Below are positions 1 through 12,774 of a stretch of DNA of 64,000 bases, piece by piece. The stretch spans positions 8,246,001 through 8,310,000 of the forward strand of contig OX597820.1 of the NCBI GenBank assembly GCA_951406725.2. The letters are read 5' to 3'. A program made the position numbers and the translations under genes. The first letter of the stretch is position 1, and each line of letters opens with the position of its first letter. This DNA comes from Octopus vulgaris. Its lineage: Eukaryota. The notes below the pieces were generated by a model. The model saw only the letters and a program-made list of their open reading frames with translations, searched no databases and was not told where the DNA came from.

Positions 1-600
1 GAGCGTAGGCTCGAAACGTAAAAGACTTTTTCTATTCCTGACCGTCATACTAATACATCTCTTTTGTACACCACCTGTCTTCGTCTTTTGTTCTTTTGGT
101 AAACTCTCCCTATAAACACCTATATATCATCATCATCATCATCATTTAACGTCCGCTTTCCATGCTAGCATGGGTTGGACGGTTCAACTGGGGTCTGGGG
201 AGCCCGTTGGCTGCACCAGGCCAGTCAGATCTGGCAGTGTTTCTACAGCTGGATGCCCTTCCTAACGCCAACCACTCCGAGAGTGTAGTGGGTGATTTTA
301 TGTGCCACACGAGGCTGGCGAACACAAATATAAACACACAGACACAAACACACCTCACTAACACACATACATAGACACACAACACATAAGCACTAAAACC
401 TAAATTCAAGTACATTACAAACAATGTGGCAGCACTTTATCACCTGTGTGTTAGACTGATCAGATAACAGGGGGGTGGGGGGATAGACAGACAGACAGAC
501 AGACAGGCAGGCATGCAGGCTGCTGAGTGATGAAGAAAGCATTGGGGATGAATGAGTGGGGAGTCAAGGCATCAGGTATTGTAATTAGGGATGTTTAAAT
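1..600 (+). repeat. Near-identical duplicate of 6038-6644
   Basis: Same sequence and order (hammerhead-unit end, RTE-tail repeat, unique flank). Differs by a 15-bp indel and microsatellite length. Ends at the gap. Confidence 0.9.
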
Positions 601-700
601 NNNNNNNNNNNNNNNNNNNNNNNNNNNNNNNNNNNNNNNNNNNNNNNNNNNNNNNNNNNNNNNNNNNNNNNNNNNNNNNNNNNNNNNNNNNNNNNNNNNN
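601..700. other. Assembly gap (100 N)
   Basis: Run of exactly 100 N. Confidence 0.99.
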
Positions 701-960
701 CCTGAGAATTTCATTAAGGATACAAATGTCTGTGGAATATTCAACCACTTAGATGACAATTCATTGAGGAGAAGGGAGTTTAATTGTTCTAACAACTCAA
801 AACTTATGGCTGGAAATTCTGGAAATTTTGTGAAATGATTGGCATTAGGAAAGGCATTCAGCCATAGAAATCATGCCACAACAGACACAGGGACTGGACA
901 TGGTCAGTGGAGCTGTTGGATCCTGTCAAAGTGTCCAACCCTTATCAGATGTGAAGGACA

Positions 961-1186
961 TTAACCCTTTTGTTACCATATTTCTGTTGAGATGCTCTGT
1001 GTTTCTCTCAATTACTTTAAATATAACAAAGAATTTAGTAAAATAACATAGTTATCATTAAGCTAGTGTTAGGAACAAATTGTGACTAAGGTTTGGTGGA
1101 AGATTTTAATTCAAAACTTATAAAAACAGGACATTTGTACTCAGAGCCAGAGGCAGTTTTAGTTAGGTTGGTATCAAAAGGGTTAA
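961..1186. mobile_element. piggyBac-type MITE, copy 1
   Basis: TTAA|CCCTTTTGTTACCA ... TGGTATCAAAAGGG|TTAA: TIRs with TTAA TSD, no ORF. Confidence 0.85.
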
Positions 1187-1209
1187 GAATTGTTTCTCTA
1201 TTATATATT

Positions 1210-1438
1210 TTAACCCTTTTGTTACCATATTTCTATTGAGATGCTCTGTGTTTCTTTCAATTACTTTAAATATAACAAAGAACTTAGTAAAATAAGTTAG
1301 TTATCATTCAGCTAGTGTTAGGAACATAAATTGTGACTAAGGTTTGGTGGAAGATTTTAATTTAAAACTTATGAAAATAAGACATTTGTATTACAGAGCC
1401 AGAGGCGGTTTCGGCCGGATTGGTATCATAAGGGTTAA
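1210..1438. mobile_element. piggyBac-type MITE, copy 2 (tandem with copy 1)
   Basis: Same TIRs and TTAA; highly similar to 961-1186. Confidence 0.85.
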
Positions 1439-1669
1439 AAGATGAGGATCACACACACACACACACAAATATATCATCATAGAAACGAAGAGAAAGACTA
1501 TAAATGCAACATGAAACTATTCAATGAAGAGTGATTGGATATTTCGGTCAATTCAAAAATACGATGACAGAATGATTTTAAATCTTTTTTTAAAAATAGT
1601 TTCTGGGGTAACAACTCTTGTAGCTGTTGTTACTGTGAGTGTTGAAATATAGAATAAACTAAGTTTTCA

Positions 1670-1683
1670 GTTACCATGGAAAC
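1670..1683. promoter_or_regulatory. RFX X-box-like palindrome
   Basis: GTTACCATGGAAAC matches the RFX X-box consensus; lies in non-repeat DNA. Confidence 0.4.
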
Positions 1684-1940
1684 AGAAAATAAGTTATTAC
1701 AAAACAAAAAAAAGAACTTAAAGTTTTTTTTTTTTATTCTTATATCATCATCATCGTCATCACCATCATCATTTAATATCCATCTTCGTTGTTGCTAGGT
1801 ATGGGTATTGGACAGTTCGGCTTTATCCAGAGTTATTTTAAACTAACATTTACATGCTATCAATTATAGCTTTATCTACTTCAAGTTCCACCATTACAAA
1901 TTAACTATTTCATAGCTCTAGAAGGTTCTAAATTCTTAGG

Positions 1941-1974
<34 letters not shown>

Positions 1975-1984
1975 TGGCATCAAG

Positions 1985-2015
<31 letters not shown>

Positions 2016-2025
2016 TATACATATA

Positions 2026-2333
2026 TCATCATCATTGTTTAACGTCCGTTTTCCATGCTACCATGGGTTGGACGGTTCGACCAGGGTCTGGTAAGCCTGG
2101 AGGCCGCACCAGGTTCCAGTCTGATCTGGCAGTGTTTCTACAGCTCGATGCCCTTCCTAACGCCAACCACTCCGTGAGTATAGTGGGTGCTTTTTATGTG
2201 CCACCGGCACATGTGCCAGGGGAGGCTGGCAATAGCCATGATCAGTTGGTGGTTTTTACGTGCCACCGACACGGAAGCTCGTCAAGGCGGCGCTGGCATC
2301 GACTACATACGGATGCTGCTTTTTAGGTGCCAC

Positions 2334-2340
<7 letters not shown>
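2026..2340 (-). mobile_element. RTE 3'-end repeat (truncated LINE or RTE-tailed SINE)
   Basis: Reverse complement of the LINE 3' UTR at 16040-16289 with (GAT)n tail. Similar copies at about 127-322, 3497-3650, 6164-6375 and 8664-8843. Confidence 0.85.
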
Positions 2341-2389
<49 letters not shown>

Positions 2390-2966
2390 AAAGCTTTGTC
2401 CTCCCGTTTCTTAGATCCTGGCCACAATCCGTATGTTAATTACCAAAGTTATTATCAACTCCCAACAGTAGTAACAATAATAAAAACCAAATATTACAGA
2501 AGAATATTCTACTAAAAATATCTTATAAAGTCTGACTATATCTAATCAAAACAGAGATTTCTCATAAACAACATCACAACCACCACCAGCTTTCTTATCT
2601 CCTCCCACCCACACTCACCAATTTTATTTTCATTGAGATTTCCAGGAACATATCTGCTCCCCTGGCAACTCATTATCTTTCATTGTGCCAACAGGGGTTA
2701 CAAAGCACCCCACTTTCATTCTGATGGAGAGAAACAATGTCTGGATTTATTTCCTCTGCCACCTCGTGTTTAAATGTCAGGTGTATATATGTATGCATGT
2801 ATATAGCTGGTGTGTATACATACATGTATATGCATATATACACTCACATTTAAATTCCTGCTATGTACTCGCTTCCCCTAGCTAGCCTATAACTGGAACT
2901 GTCCCCTATTCTCATTTTCCCTCCATTTCTTTGAGGGCACTTCCCCAGGATGGTTTGCAAGATTAA

Positions 2967-3197
2967 GGCGGCGAGCTGGCAGAAACGTTAGCATGCCAGA
3001 CGAAATGCCTAGCGGTATTTCGTCTGCCGCTACGTTCTGAGTTCAAATTCCCCCGAGGTCGACTTTACCTTTCATCCTTTTGGGGTCGATAAATTAAGTA
3101 CCAGTTACGCACTAGGGTCAATATAACAGACTTAATCCATTTGTTTGTCCTTGTTTGTCCTCTCTGTGTTTAGCCCCTTGTGGGTAGTAAAGAAATA
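2967..3197 (+). mobile_element. tRNA-headed SINE family B
   Basis: GGCGGCGAGCTGGCAG head, B-box GAGTTCAAATTCC, central GTCGACTTT(A/G)CCTTTCATCC..GGGGTCGATAAA..AGTACCAG domain. Imperfect ~15-bp TSD. Confidence 0.85.
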
Positions 3198-3329
3198 GGT
3201 TTTCAGGATTGAGTTAAGTATAACCTCATTGTATAAACTAACCATGTCCAAGAGCCTTCTACCAGCTTGGCAGCTGTTCTCACAAATTATGCTCCTTTTA
3301 GGCACTGACAACAATTCCCCAATTCTCTT

Positions 3330-4420
3330 CCCACTCTTCATTCCAAGTTCACAACTTTAGCGCCATCCCAACCAATGTCAGCAGAATGAAAAGCAGAACC
3401 AGTGAGGTTGTTGAAATGCTGGAGTGGTTGCATGCAGATGTGTGCTATGTCCACAACATAAGATGAAGCCTCATCTAGGTTCCTCACAGAAAAAGATCAT
3501 CATCATCATCATCATCATCGTTTAACGTCCGCTTTCCATGCTAGCATAGGTTGGACGATTTTGACTGAGGGCTGGCAAACCAGATGGCTGCACCAGGCTC
3601 CAATCTTGATTAGGCAGAGTTTCTACAGCTGGATGCTCTTTCTAACGCCCATATGTACAAAATTCTTTTGAGAAGGCAGCAGTGACAGAGAGGGTAAGTG
3701 TAGGCAAACTTTTGGCAGAGAAATGGGTTGATAAAGTAACGGCAGTAGTCAGAGTGTTTGTAGGATAGTTAAGCTAAAATTCGGCAGTTATTTTATGCAC
3801 CACAGTCAGTACTAGCAAGAAGATCACAAGGACCAATCTTATTAGGTTTATTTTACAGATTACTTCAATGACGAATGACAATGGCTTTATTTTTATCATG
3901 GCTTGTGACTTTGACTGACATGTTTGGCAAGACACTGATGGATTCCAGAGGGTGCATGGAGGTTACAGCTTCCTATTAGAAACAAAAAGAGGACAAGGCT
4001 GCTGGAGTTCTGAGGTGCAACTGATCAGATAATCTGCAGCATTAACTTCAAGAAACCAGTTAGCCTCCTGATTGCCTACCCATATGATGAGCAAAAAAAA
4101 ACCCCAGATTGATTACATTCTCACCAATAAAAAAAAAGGAAAAAAAAAGATGCTTGTTGCAAAGTCTTTTTCTGGTGAAGAATGTACAACTTGACACAGT
4201 TGAGTGGCAGTGACTTCAGACTCGGAGAAACAAACCAGTCTGGCAAAGATAGGATGCTTCAAGGACCTAAAATACAGTCAGTAATTTAGAGAACTTCTAG
4301 AAGCTCTCTCTCTCTCTCCAAGTGAAAAGCAGATTGTATGATATTTGTGTATGAACAGCAATGCAGCACAGGAGTGAGAAATGGGCCCTGAATGCTGAAG
4401 GTATGAATATTGGAAAGGAA
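3330..4420 (+). pseudogene. Decayed RTE LINE, endonuclease region
   Basis: Collinear nucleotide similarity to about 12890-13800 (EVVEML, AEKWVDKV, NFKKPV, QIDYIL motifs) with many stops and indels. Interrupted by an RTE-tail repeat at 3497-3650. Confidence 0.8.
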
Positions 4421-4633
4421 TTTTAAAATATGTCCTTGATCGGCTTCCGTGCCGTTGCACGTAAAAAGTACCAACCAATCGTGGCCGTTGCCAGCCTCCT
4501 CTGGCTTCTGTGCCGGTGGCACATAAAAAGCACCCACTACACTCACAGAGTGGTTGGTGTTAGGAAGGGCATCCAGCTGTAGAAACACTGCCAGAGCATT
4601 TCACCCGGCATGCTAACGTTTCTGCCAGCTTGC

Positions 4634-4876
4634 CAGACGAAATACCTATTTCTTTATTACCCACAAGGGGCTAAACACAGAAGGGACAAACAAGGACAGA
4701 CAAACGGATTAAGTCAATTATATCGACCCCAGTTTGTAACTGGTACTTATTTAATCGATCCCAAAAGGATGAAAGGCAAAGTCGACCTCGGCGGAATGTG
4801 AACTCAGAAAGTAGTGGCAGACGAAATACCGCTAAGCACTTCGCCCGGCATGCTAACGTTTCTGCCAACTTGCCGC
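4634..4876 (-). mobile_element. SINE family B
   Basis: Reverse complement of 2967-3197. Preceded by an RTE-tail fragment (about 4440-4594, +). Confidence 0.85.
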
Positions 4877-5384
4877 CTCTGATATACCCTGATACTCTGC
4901 CAACATTATCTCTATTTACTCTCACCCCCCCCCAACCTCCCATATAATGCAGAGAAGTCATGTGTCCCCTCCACACCAACACACCTGTACTCGTGTCCCT
5001 TTCCTCATGCTTCAGCCTCTCAACACCTGGCACAAACCCACTTCTACCCCCTCTCAAATACACCCTACCACACACACTGGTGACCTCACTAGTGTTGGTG
5101 GCATAAAAGCAAAAGCACCCAATACACCCTGTAAAGTGGTTGGCACTAGAAAAGGGCTCTTCTACAGCTGTAGAAACCCCATGGGAACTCATTCCAGTGG
5201 TTTGTTGGATCCTGTCAAACAGTCTCCCGACCCATGCCAGAAAGGAAAACAGATGTTAAACGATGATGGTGATGATAATCATGTGGGCATGTGCATGGTA
5301 CATGAGAGCGTATGTATGCATGTGTACATGTCAGATATACATACATCTATAAACAGGCATAGATCGTTAGCCATGATAGATCAT

Positions 5385-6150
5385 TAGCCACTACAGACAT
5401 TTTTTTCTATGTCCCTTTCTGTAGAAGAGCATAGACTCGAAACGTAAAAGACTTTTTCTATTCCTGAGCATTAAACTAATACATCTGTTCGTTTTGTACA
5501 CCACCTGTCTTCATCTTTTGTTTTTTTCATAAAATCTCCCTATATATATATATAAATCATATAGATATATTGTTAGCCACTACACACATTTTTTTCTCTC
5601 CTTGTCTTTTCTATGTCCCTTTCTGTAGAAGAGCGTAGGCTCGAAACGTAAAAGACTTTTTCTATTCCTGAGCATTAAACTAATACATCTGTTCATTTTG
5701 TACACCACCTGTCTTCATCTTTTGTTTTTTTCATAAAATCTCCCTATATATATATATAAATCATGTAGATATATTGTTAGCCACTACACACATTTTTTTC
5801 TCTCCTTGTCTTTTCTATGTCCCTTTCTGTAGAAGAGCGTAGACTCGAAACGTAAAAGACTTTTTCTATTCCTGAGCATTAAACTAATACATCTGTTCGT
5901 TTTGTACACCACCTGTCTTCATCTTTTGTTTTTTTCATAAAATCTCCCTATATATATATATAAATCATGTAGATATATTGTTAGCCACTACACACATTTT
6001 TTCTCTCCTTGTCTTTTCTATGTCCCTTTCTGTAGAAGAGCGTAGGCTCGAAACGTAAAAGACTTTTTCTATTCCTGACCGTCATACTAATACATCTCTT
6101 TTGTACACCACCTGTCTTCGTCTTTTGTTCTTTTGGTAAACTCTCCCTAT
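5385..6150 (+). repeat. Tandem array of four ~204-bp units, each with a minimal hammerhead-like motif
   Basis: The motif recurs at 5411, 5615, 5819 and 6022 (periods 204, 204, 203). Units are separated by (TA)n. Confidence 0.92.
5615..5656 (+). ncRNA. Minimal type-I hammerhead ribozyme-like motif, family H1 (other copies 5411-5452, 5819-5860, 6022-6063, partial 1-26)
   Basis: GUC-CC-UUU [CUGUAGA] A GAGC-GUAG-GCUC [GAAA] CG [UA] AAA-GAC: stem I, stem II and palindromic ACGU in place of helix III. Core has A6U. Confidence 0.6.
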
Positions 6151-6532
6151 AAACACCTATATATCATCATCATCATCATCATTTAACGTCCGCTTTCCAT
6201 GCTAGCATGGGTTGGACGGTTCAACTGGGGTCTGGGGAGCCCGTTGGCTGCACCAGGCCAGTCAGATCTGGCAGTGTTTCTACAGCTGGATGCCCTTCCT
6301 AACGCCAACCACTCCGAGAGTGTAGTGGGTGATTTTATGTGCCACCGACACAGGTGCCAGACGAGGCTGGCGAACACAAATATAAACACACAGACACAAA
6401 CACACCTCACTAACACACATACATAGACACACAACACATAAGCACTAAAACCTAAATTCAAGTACATTACAAACAATGTGGCAGCACTTTATCACCTGTG
6501 TGTTAGACTGATCAGATAACAGGGGGGTGGGG

Positions 6533-7056
6533 GGACAGACAGACAGGCAGACAGACAGGCAGGCTGCTGAGTGATGAAGAAAGCATTGGGGATGAATGAG
6601 TGGGGAGTCAAGGCATCAGGTATTGTAATTAGGGATGTTTAAATGTAACCCCTATTATTAATTATAGGGTAAAGGTGGCGGGGGGGGGGGGCTAACCTGC
6701 ATACATTCCCCCCTTCACTACTATTAGACAAAAGTTGGGAAAGGGTCCTTAAATCGTTTAACTGTGGCCATGCTGGAGCACTGCCTTGACATGGGAGGGG
6801 GGAGGGAACAGACAGACAGGCAGGCAGGCAGGCAGGCTGCTGAGTGATGAAGAAAGCATTGGGGATGGGTGGGGAGTCAAGGCATCAGGTATTGTAATTA
6901 GGGATGTTTAAATGTAACCCTTATTATTAATTATAGGATAAAGGTGGAGGGGGCCTAACCTACATACATTCCCCCCCCCCTTCACTACTATTAGACAAGA
7001 GTTGGGAAAGGACCCTTAAATCATTTGACTGTGGCCATGCTGGAGCACTGCCTTGA
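6533..7056 (+). repeat. Local tandem duplication, ~270 bp x2
   Basis: About 6533-6789 and 6807-7056 share GCTGCTGAGTGATGAAGAAAGC...GTGGCCATGCTGGAGCACTGCCTTGA. Confidence 0.85.
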
Positions 7057-7915
7057 AAGGTTTTAGTCAAAACAAAGCAACCCCAGGACTTATGCTTTAA
7101 GCCTAGTACTTATGCCATCAGTCTCTTGCCAAACTTCTAAGTTACAGGGACATAAACACACCAACGCCGGTTGTCAAGCAGTGATGGTGGGGGACAAACA
7201 CAAACAAAAATTCACACACAAAGATATATACATACATACAAACACACACACACACACTCATATATATGTATACATTATCATCATCATCATCATTTAACAT
7301 CCACTTTCTATACTGGCATGGGTTGGATGGACTGAAAACTGGTAAGCTGGTGAGCTGCACCAGGTTCTGATCTGATTTGGGAAGGTTTCGGTGACTGGAT
7401 GCCCTTCCTAACACCAACCTCTCCGAGAGTGTAGAAGGTGTTTTTTACATGCCATTGGCATGGTTACCATTGACCTGACACCAACATTTGCCATGACTAC
7501 GGTTTCTCTTGGCTTGACAGGCCAACACAAGCAAGGGTGTATCACCAAGGGTCTTGGTCACCTGTCACTGCCTCCATGAGGTCCCAACACTCGAATGGTG
7601 CCTGTTATGTGCCACCCAGCAGAGGTGCCAGTCGGACAGCACTGGCATCAACCATAACTAAGCACAGCATATCATCCAATGATTGATGGGTGCTTTTAAT
7701 GGGCCAGTTATGTGACTCTGGCATCAGCCACAACTATGACGTCACTTGACTTATGACAGGCTTCTTTCAGTTTCCCTCTACCAAATACACTTACAAAGCT
7801 TTGGTCAGCCCGAGGCTGTAGAAGGCACTTGCCCAAAGTTTCCACGCAGTGGGACTGAATCCAGAACCTTGACGTTGGAAGGCAAACCTCTTACCACACA
7901 GCTACGACTCTGCCT
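7020..7915 (-). mobile_element. CORE-type SINE family C interrupted by an RTE-tail repeat (about 7277-7750)
   Basis: Both halves match 26793-27195. The insertion sits in the internal microsatellite. Confidence 0.8.
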
Positions 7916-9182
7916 ATTATACTATAGATGTATATTAAAAATATATCATTTAGTATACATCGTACTTAAATACAAGTTATTATTTGTTTCATGCTGTGAA
8001 AAGACAAACTGGCAGATTTACATATCATGCCTTGCACTTCCTAGCAATCCTTCAGAATGGTTCAAATACACAAGCAACACAAACATACTACTGAGCAAAA
8101 TTAATTTGTGTAAGTGCAAGTCATATGCCCCCAGGCTGCAGCGACAGTACATCACACTCCCCTGATCACACCATCCCTATTATACTTACCCAACCCCCAT
8201 CATTCCACCACCTACCATTATTTGTATGTACAGAATACAAGGCAACCTCACTAATGCTGGTGTCATGACAAAATACACCCAGTTGACTCCTGTAAAGTAA
8301 TTGGAGAGGGAAAAGTTGTCTAGCTGGAGAAACTGTATAAAAAATGGAATCTGTGGCTGGGATATGTTCCTGTGCCCTGTCTTAGGAGGCCAGCAATAAC
8401 TGTGAATATGAAGTGGCTTGAACTGTCACAATCACACCAACAACCCATGATGGTGATGGTAACGGATGAAGAGATGGACATGGATTTATAATAAACCTTT
8501 CAGCTGTAGGCAGAAGGCCTGAATTTGGGGGGATGGGGGGGGAGCAGGGTAAGTCAATTACATTTACCCCCAGTACTCACTGGTACTTATTTTATTGACC
8601 CCAAAAGGCTGAAAGGCATAATACCAACTGAAATATTTTCTGGTAAAGAACTCAATACACGATAATCATCATCATCAACATCGTTTAATGTCCACTTTCC
8701 ATGCTAGCATGGGTTGGACGGTTCAACCGGGGTCTGGGAAACTAGGAGGCTGCACCAGGCCCAGTCTGATCTGTCAGTGTTTCTACAGCTGGATGCCCTT
8801 CCTAATGCCAGCCACTCTGTGAGTGTAGTGGGTGCTTTTTACGGGTATATTTATGGGGAAACTGTCGGTGATTGATTGACCTTCTGTTGTGTCCTTTCTT
8901 ATGGTTCAGGTGTATTAGTACGTATTGGCCCCACATAAAAAGCACCCATGCTGACATCATGTAAACGACACCTGTGCCAGGCCAGGTAAAAAGCATCCCA
9001 TGCCAGTGCCATGTTAAAAGCACACTTTGTAAAGTGGTTGGTGGTAGGAAGGGCGTACAGCCACAGAAACCCTACTAAAACAGAGGAGTGGAGTTTGATA
9101 CAGCTCTTCAGCTTCCCAGCTCTGGTCAAACAGACCAAACCATACCAACACGGACAACAGAGATTAAATGATAATGATGATG

Positions 9183-9413
9183 AGGCGGCGAGCTGGCAGA
9201 CTCGTTAGTGTGCCGGGCGAAATGCGTAGCCGTATTTCGTCTGCCGCTACGTTCTGAGTTCAAATTCCACCAAGGTCGACTTTGCCTTTCATCCTTTTGG
9301 GGTCGATAAACTAAGTACCAGTTACGCACTGGGGTCGATGTAATCGACTTAATCCCTTTGTCTGTCCTTGTTTGTCCCCTCTATGTTTAGCCCCTTGTGG
9401 GTAATAAAGAAAC
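9183..9413 (+). mobile_element. SINE family B inserted in the (GAT)n tail of an RTE-tail repeat (about 8925-9182)
   Basis: Full-length match to 2967-3197; GATAATGATGAT on both flanks. Confidence 0.88.
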
Positions 9414-10369
9414 AGATAATGATGATAATGATGATGACGATGATGATGTGTATGTATGTATGTATGTGTGTGTGTGTGTGTGTGTGTGAAGTATAAAATG
9501 TGATGTAATGGAATTCATGGCATTCCCAACAGCAGCTTCACTTCATGGATTGTGACAACAATTGGTGAAAGTCTTGGAATTCCTCTGTTATTCCCATCTG
9601 AAGTCAAAATGTCCCAGAATGTTCCAGCCGATGGTTTGGAATGTTCTGGAGACAGTAACTAAAGCTGGCTATGACTGACGTCAGCTTCCAACAGTACAGA
9701 GGTGGTGGTGGTGGTGGTGAGGGTGGTGTGCGACAGGTGTGGGGTAGTGGTGAGGGTAGTGGTGGTGGTGTGTGACGGTGAGGGCTGTGATGGTGCTGCT
9801 GGCGACGGGGGGGGGATGTAACAGTTATGTTAGTAGGAAGGAGGTATGGTAGTACCAGGTTGAGGGGACAAGCTAATAGGGATGATGGTGGTGGTGGTGG
9901 TGTGGGGGATTGAAGTGGACATAAGATGGGAGGAGGGAGAAATGTCACAGGATCAGTTAGGACCCTGAAGTTTTAGATATGGGGATGGTGGTGGTGGTAG
10001 TAGTGGCAATGTTGTATTCAGTAGTAGTTGTGTGGTGGTAGCAATGATGATGTCTGAGGAATTTAATGTTCCTGTGGTGGTGGTGGTGGTGGTGGTGGAA
10101 ATGGCAATGATGGTGGGGTGGGGGTGATAACAGAAGGTTTCACCCTCCTCCTCCTCCTCCATCCAACCCATGGGGGTGGTGATGGGGAGGATGTTATTTA
10201 GAATGGAATTTGGCTGTAATCTAATGTTACTAACAAAACTGAATGGTGACACTGTATACCATCCTGTCTTTCACTGCTGTTTAGCCCAAGGTCATTCCTG
10301 ATCCAGCAGACCTATGATCAAAGCTGCTCCAGCCATGACTCTTCCTGCCTATTTTTTTATTCAGACAGA

Positions 10370-10947
10370 CTCGCAGGACGGCCTGCTGTGCTAACCTTGG
10401 ATCGTGGAGTGACCCGCTGTTCTTGAGGAGACCTATTGAGTCAAGTACATCAACATCAAAATAAAAATTCAAATGGAAATTGTAATTAAGACACCCGTGC
10501 CGGTGACACGTAAAAAGCCCCGTCCAAACGTGGCAGATGCCAGCGCCGCCTGACTGGCATCCGTGTCGGTAACATGTAAAAGCACCAACCGATCGTGGCC
10601 ATTTGCCAGCCTTCTGTCATCATCATCATCATCCTCATCATTTAACATCCGTTTTCCATGCTAGCATGGGTTGGACGGTTCCACTGGGGTCTAGTAAGCC
10701 ATGGAGGCTACACCAAGCTCTGGTCTGATCTGGCAGTGTTTCTACAGCTGGATGCCCTTCCTAATGCCAAACACTCCATGAGTGTAGTGGGTGGTTTTTA
10801 CGTGCCACTGGCACAGGGGCCAGGGGAGGCTGGCAAACAGCCACGATGGGTTGGTGCTTTTACATGTCACCAACACAGACGCCAGTCAGGCAGCGCTGGC
10901 ATCGGCCACATTCGGACAGTGCTTTTTACGTGTGAGCGTGGCAGATG

Positions 10948-10950
<3 letters not shown>
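10370..10950. mobile_element. Two abutting RTE-tail repeats in opposite orientation (10370-10616 +, 10617-10950 -)
   Basis: About 10510-10614 is approximately the reverse complement of about 10823-10932. Confidence 0.8.
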
Positions 10951-10983
<33 letters not shown>

Positions 10984-12131
10984 TGGACTGAGGCCATGAT
11001 GTGGCTACTGCTTTAAAGGGTCTTTTAGTTGATCAAATTGACACCAGCGCTTAAGTATTATACTTGTTCTATCAGTCTCTTTTTTGTTGTCAAGTGGTGA
11101 GGGACAACCACAGATATGCACATAAAAGCATGTGTTTCATGGGCTTCTGCACTGTTTCTGTTTACCACATTCACTCACAATGTATTGGTTGGCCTCAGGC
11201 AGTGGTAGAGGATACTTGCTCAGGGTTCTGTGCAGTGAGGCTGAACCCATAACCATGTGATTGTGAAGCAAACTCCTTAATCATACAACCATTTCTATGT
11301 CCCCCTCTCTCGCTCTTCCTCCCTCTATATATATACACACACGCAGACATGCACAGTAATGCCTGGATATACGAGTTAATTTGTTTCTGGAGAATGCTCG
11401 TAAAGCAAAAACAGAAAATAAAACCTGTAAAATCTCTATAACCTAGGATCTCGCAAAGCAGGTCCTCTTAAAGTGAGGTATTACTCTGTGTGTGTTTTTT
11501 TTTTTTTATTGCCCACAGGGGGCTAAACACAGAGGGGACAAACAAGGACAGACAAAGGGATTAAGTTGATTACATCAACCCCAGTGCATAACTGGTATCT
11601 ATTTTTATCGATGGGAAATGAAGTGTTTTGCTCAAGAATAAAACAACTTGGTTTGGGAATTGAAACCTCGATCTTGCATTCGTGAGCATAACAGCCTTAA
11701 CCACTAAACCATGTGTCTCTTCATATATATATTGTGTGTGTGTGTATACACACATATACATATATATATGGCCAACTCTGATAATGAATTATATATATAT
11801 ATATATATATTTCAACTTACTTTCTTCTTCAATTTCAACTCCCGGTCGATGCCCGCAGCAAGTTCTTAAAAATTTATCTTACTATTTTTATTTTTCCATA
11901 CATAGCGCGACATACATTCATTCGTTGTTACTACGTTTATTCATACATTGATAACTTGATTCGTCTTACCCATCTCTCTCACTACGAAAATTTAACCTTT
12001 TAGGCTACTTTCAAGCCTTCGCCATAACTTGATTTATCTTTCCTATCTCTCTCTCTACGAAATTTAACCTTAGGCTACCTCAAGCCATAATCCCATCTTT
12101 CCCCATCTTTCCGCCATCGGCGGTGCGAAAC

Positions 12132-12345
12132 CACCACCAATACCGATGAACACTGTTCTCACCCCCACCACCAATACCGATGAACACTGTTCTCACCCCC
12201 ACCACCAATACCGGTGAACACTGTTCTCACCGCCACCACCAATACCGGTGAACACTGTTCTCACCCCCACCACCAATACCAGTATACCCTGTTCTCACCA
12301 TCTACACCGGATACGCCCTACTCATCTACACCGGATACGCCCTAC
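12132..12345 (+). repeat. 33-bp and 24-bp minisatellites in the LINE 5' UTR
   Basis: CACCACCAATACCG(A/G)TGAACACTGTTCTCACCC x4-5, then CATCTACACCGGATACGCCCTACT x2. A ~70-bp duplication also lies at about 11950-12087. Confidence 0.9.
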
Positions 12346-12774
12346 TCCCTCCTCCTCCCCCCACTACCCCTTCTCCTCATATGCTTTCACTGTGAAAAGA
12401 CAAGCTGCTAGCGCCATAGCTCATCAACTGCCCACTGATCTTACGCTTCCTCCTGACACTGCCTCAATCCGACCATCCCCTTTTAGTACCCTCCCGCTTC
12501 GTAATATCCTACGTTTTTATTTTTATTTCTTACGAACCTACACCAACCCTTCCTGCCATCGTTCCTCCTTACCCCAACCTTCCCCACTGGTTGCTCCCCT
12601 ATATTACCCGCACCCTCTACTATCTCTCCCTCTCTTTCACTGGTGAAACCTTTCTCAACTGGACCCCCCTCCCCAACTCAACTCTAGAATATCTGTATTT
12701 CTTTCCTCTACCTAATTACGTTACTCAGTGACGATAACGAATGTCCACTGCTAACACCAGCTCCTGCCCACGGC

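Noticed and set aside
162-374. Recurrent 'MLAWVGRF...FLQLDALPNANHS' ORF family
   Set aside because: Antisense reading of the non-coding RTE 3' UTR repeat; frames are not conserved among copies.
11811-11900. Possible HDV-like ribozyme at the RTE 5' end
   Set aside because: Could not build the nested double pseudoknot by eye; needs an RNArobo or Infernal search.
12132-12300. 33-bp direct repeats resembling a CRISPR array
   Set aside because: No unique spacers, no cas genes, eukaryotic LINE 5' UTR context.
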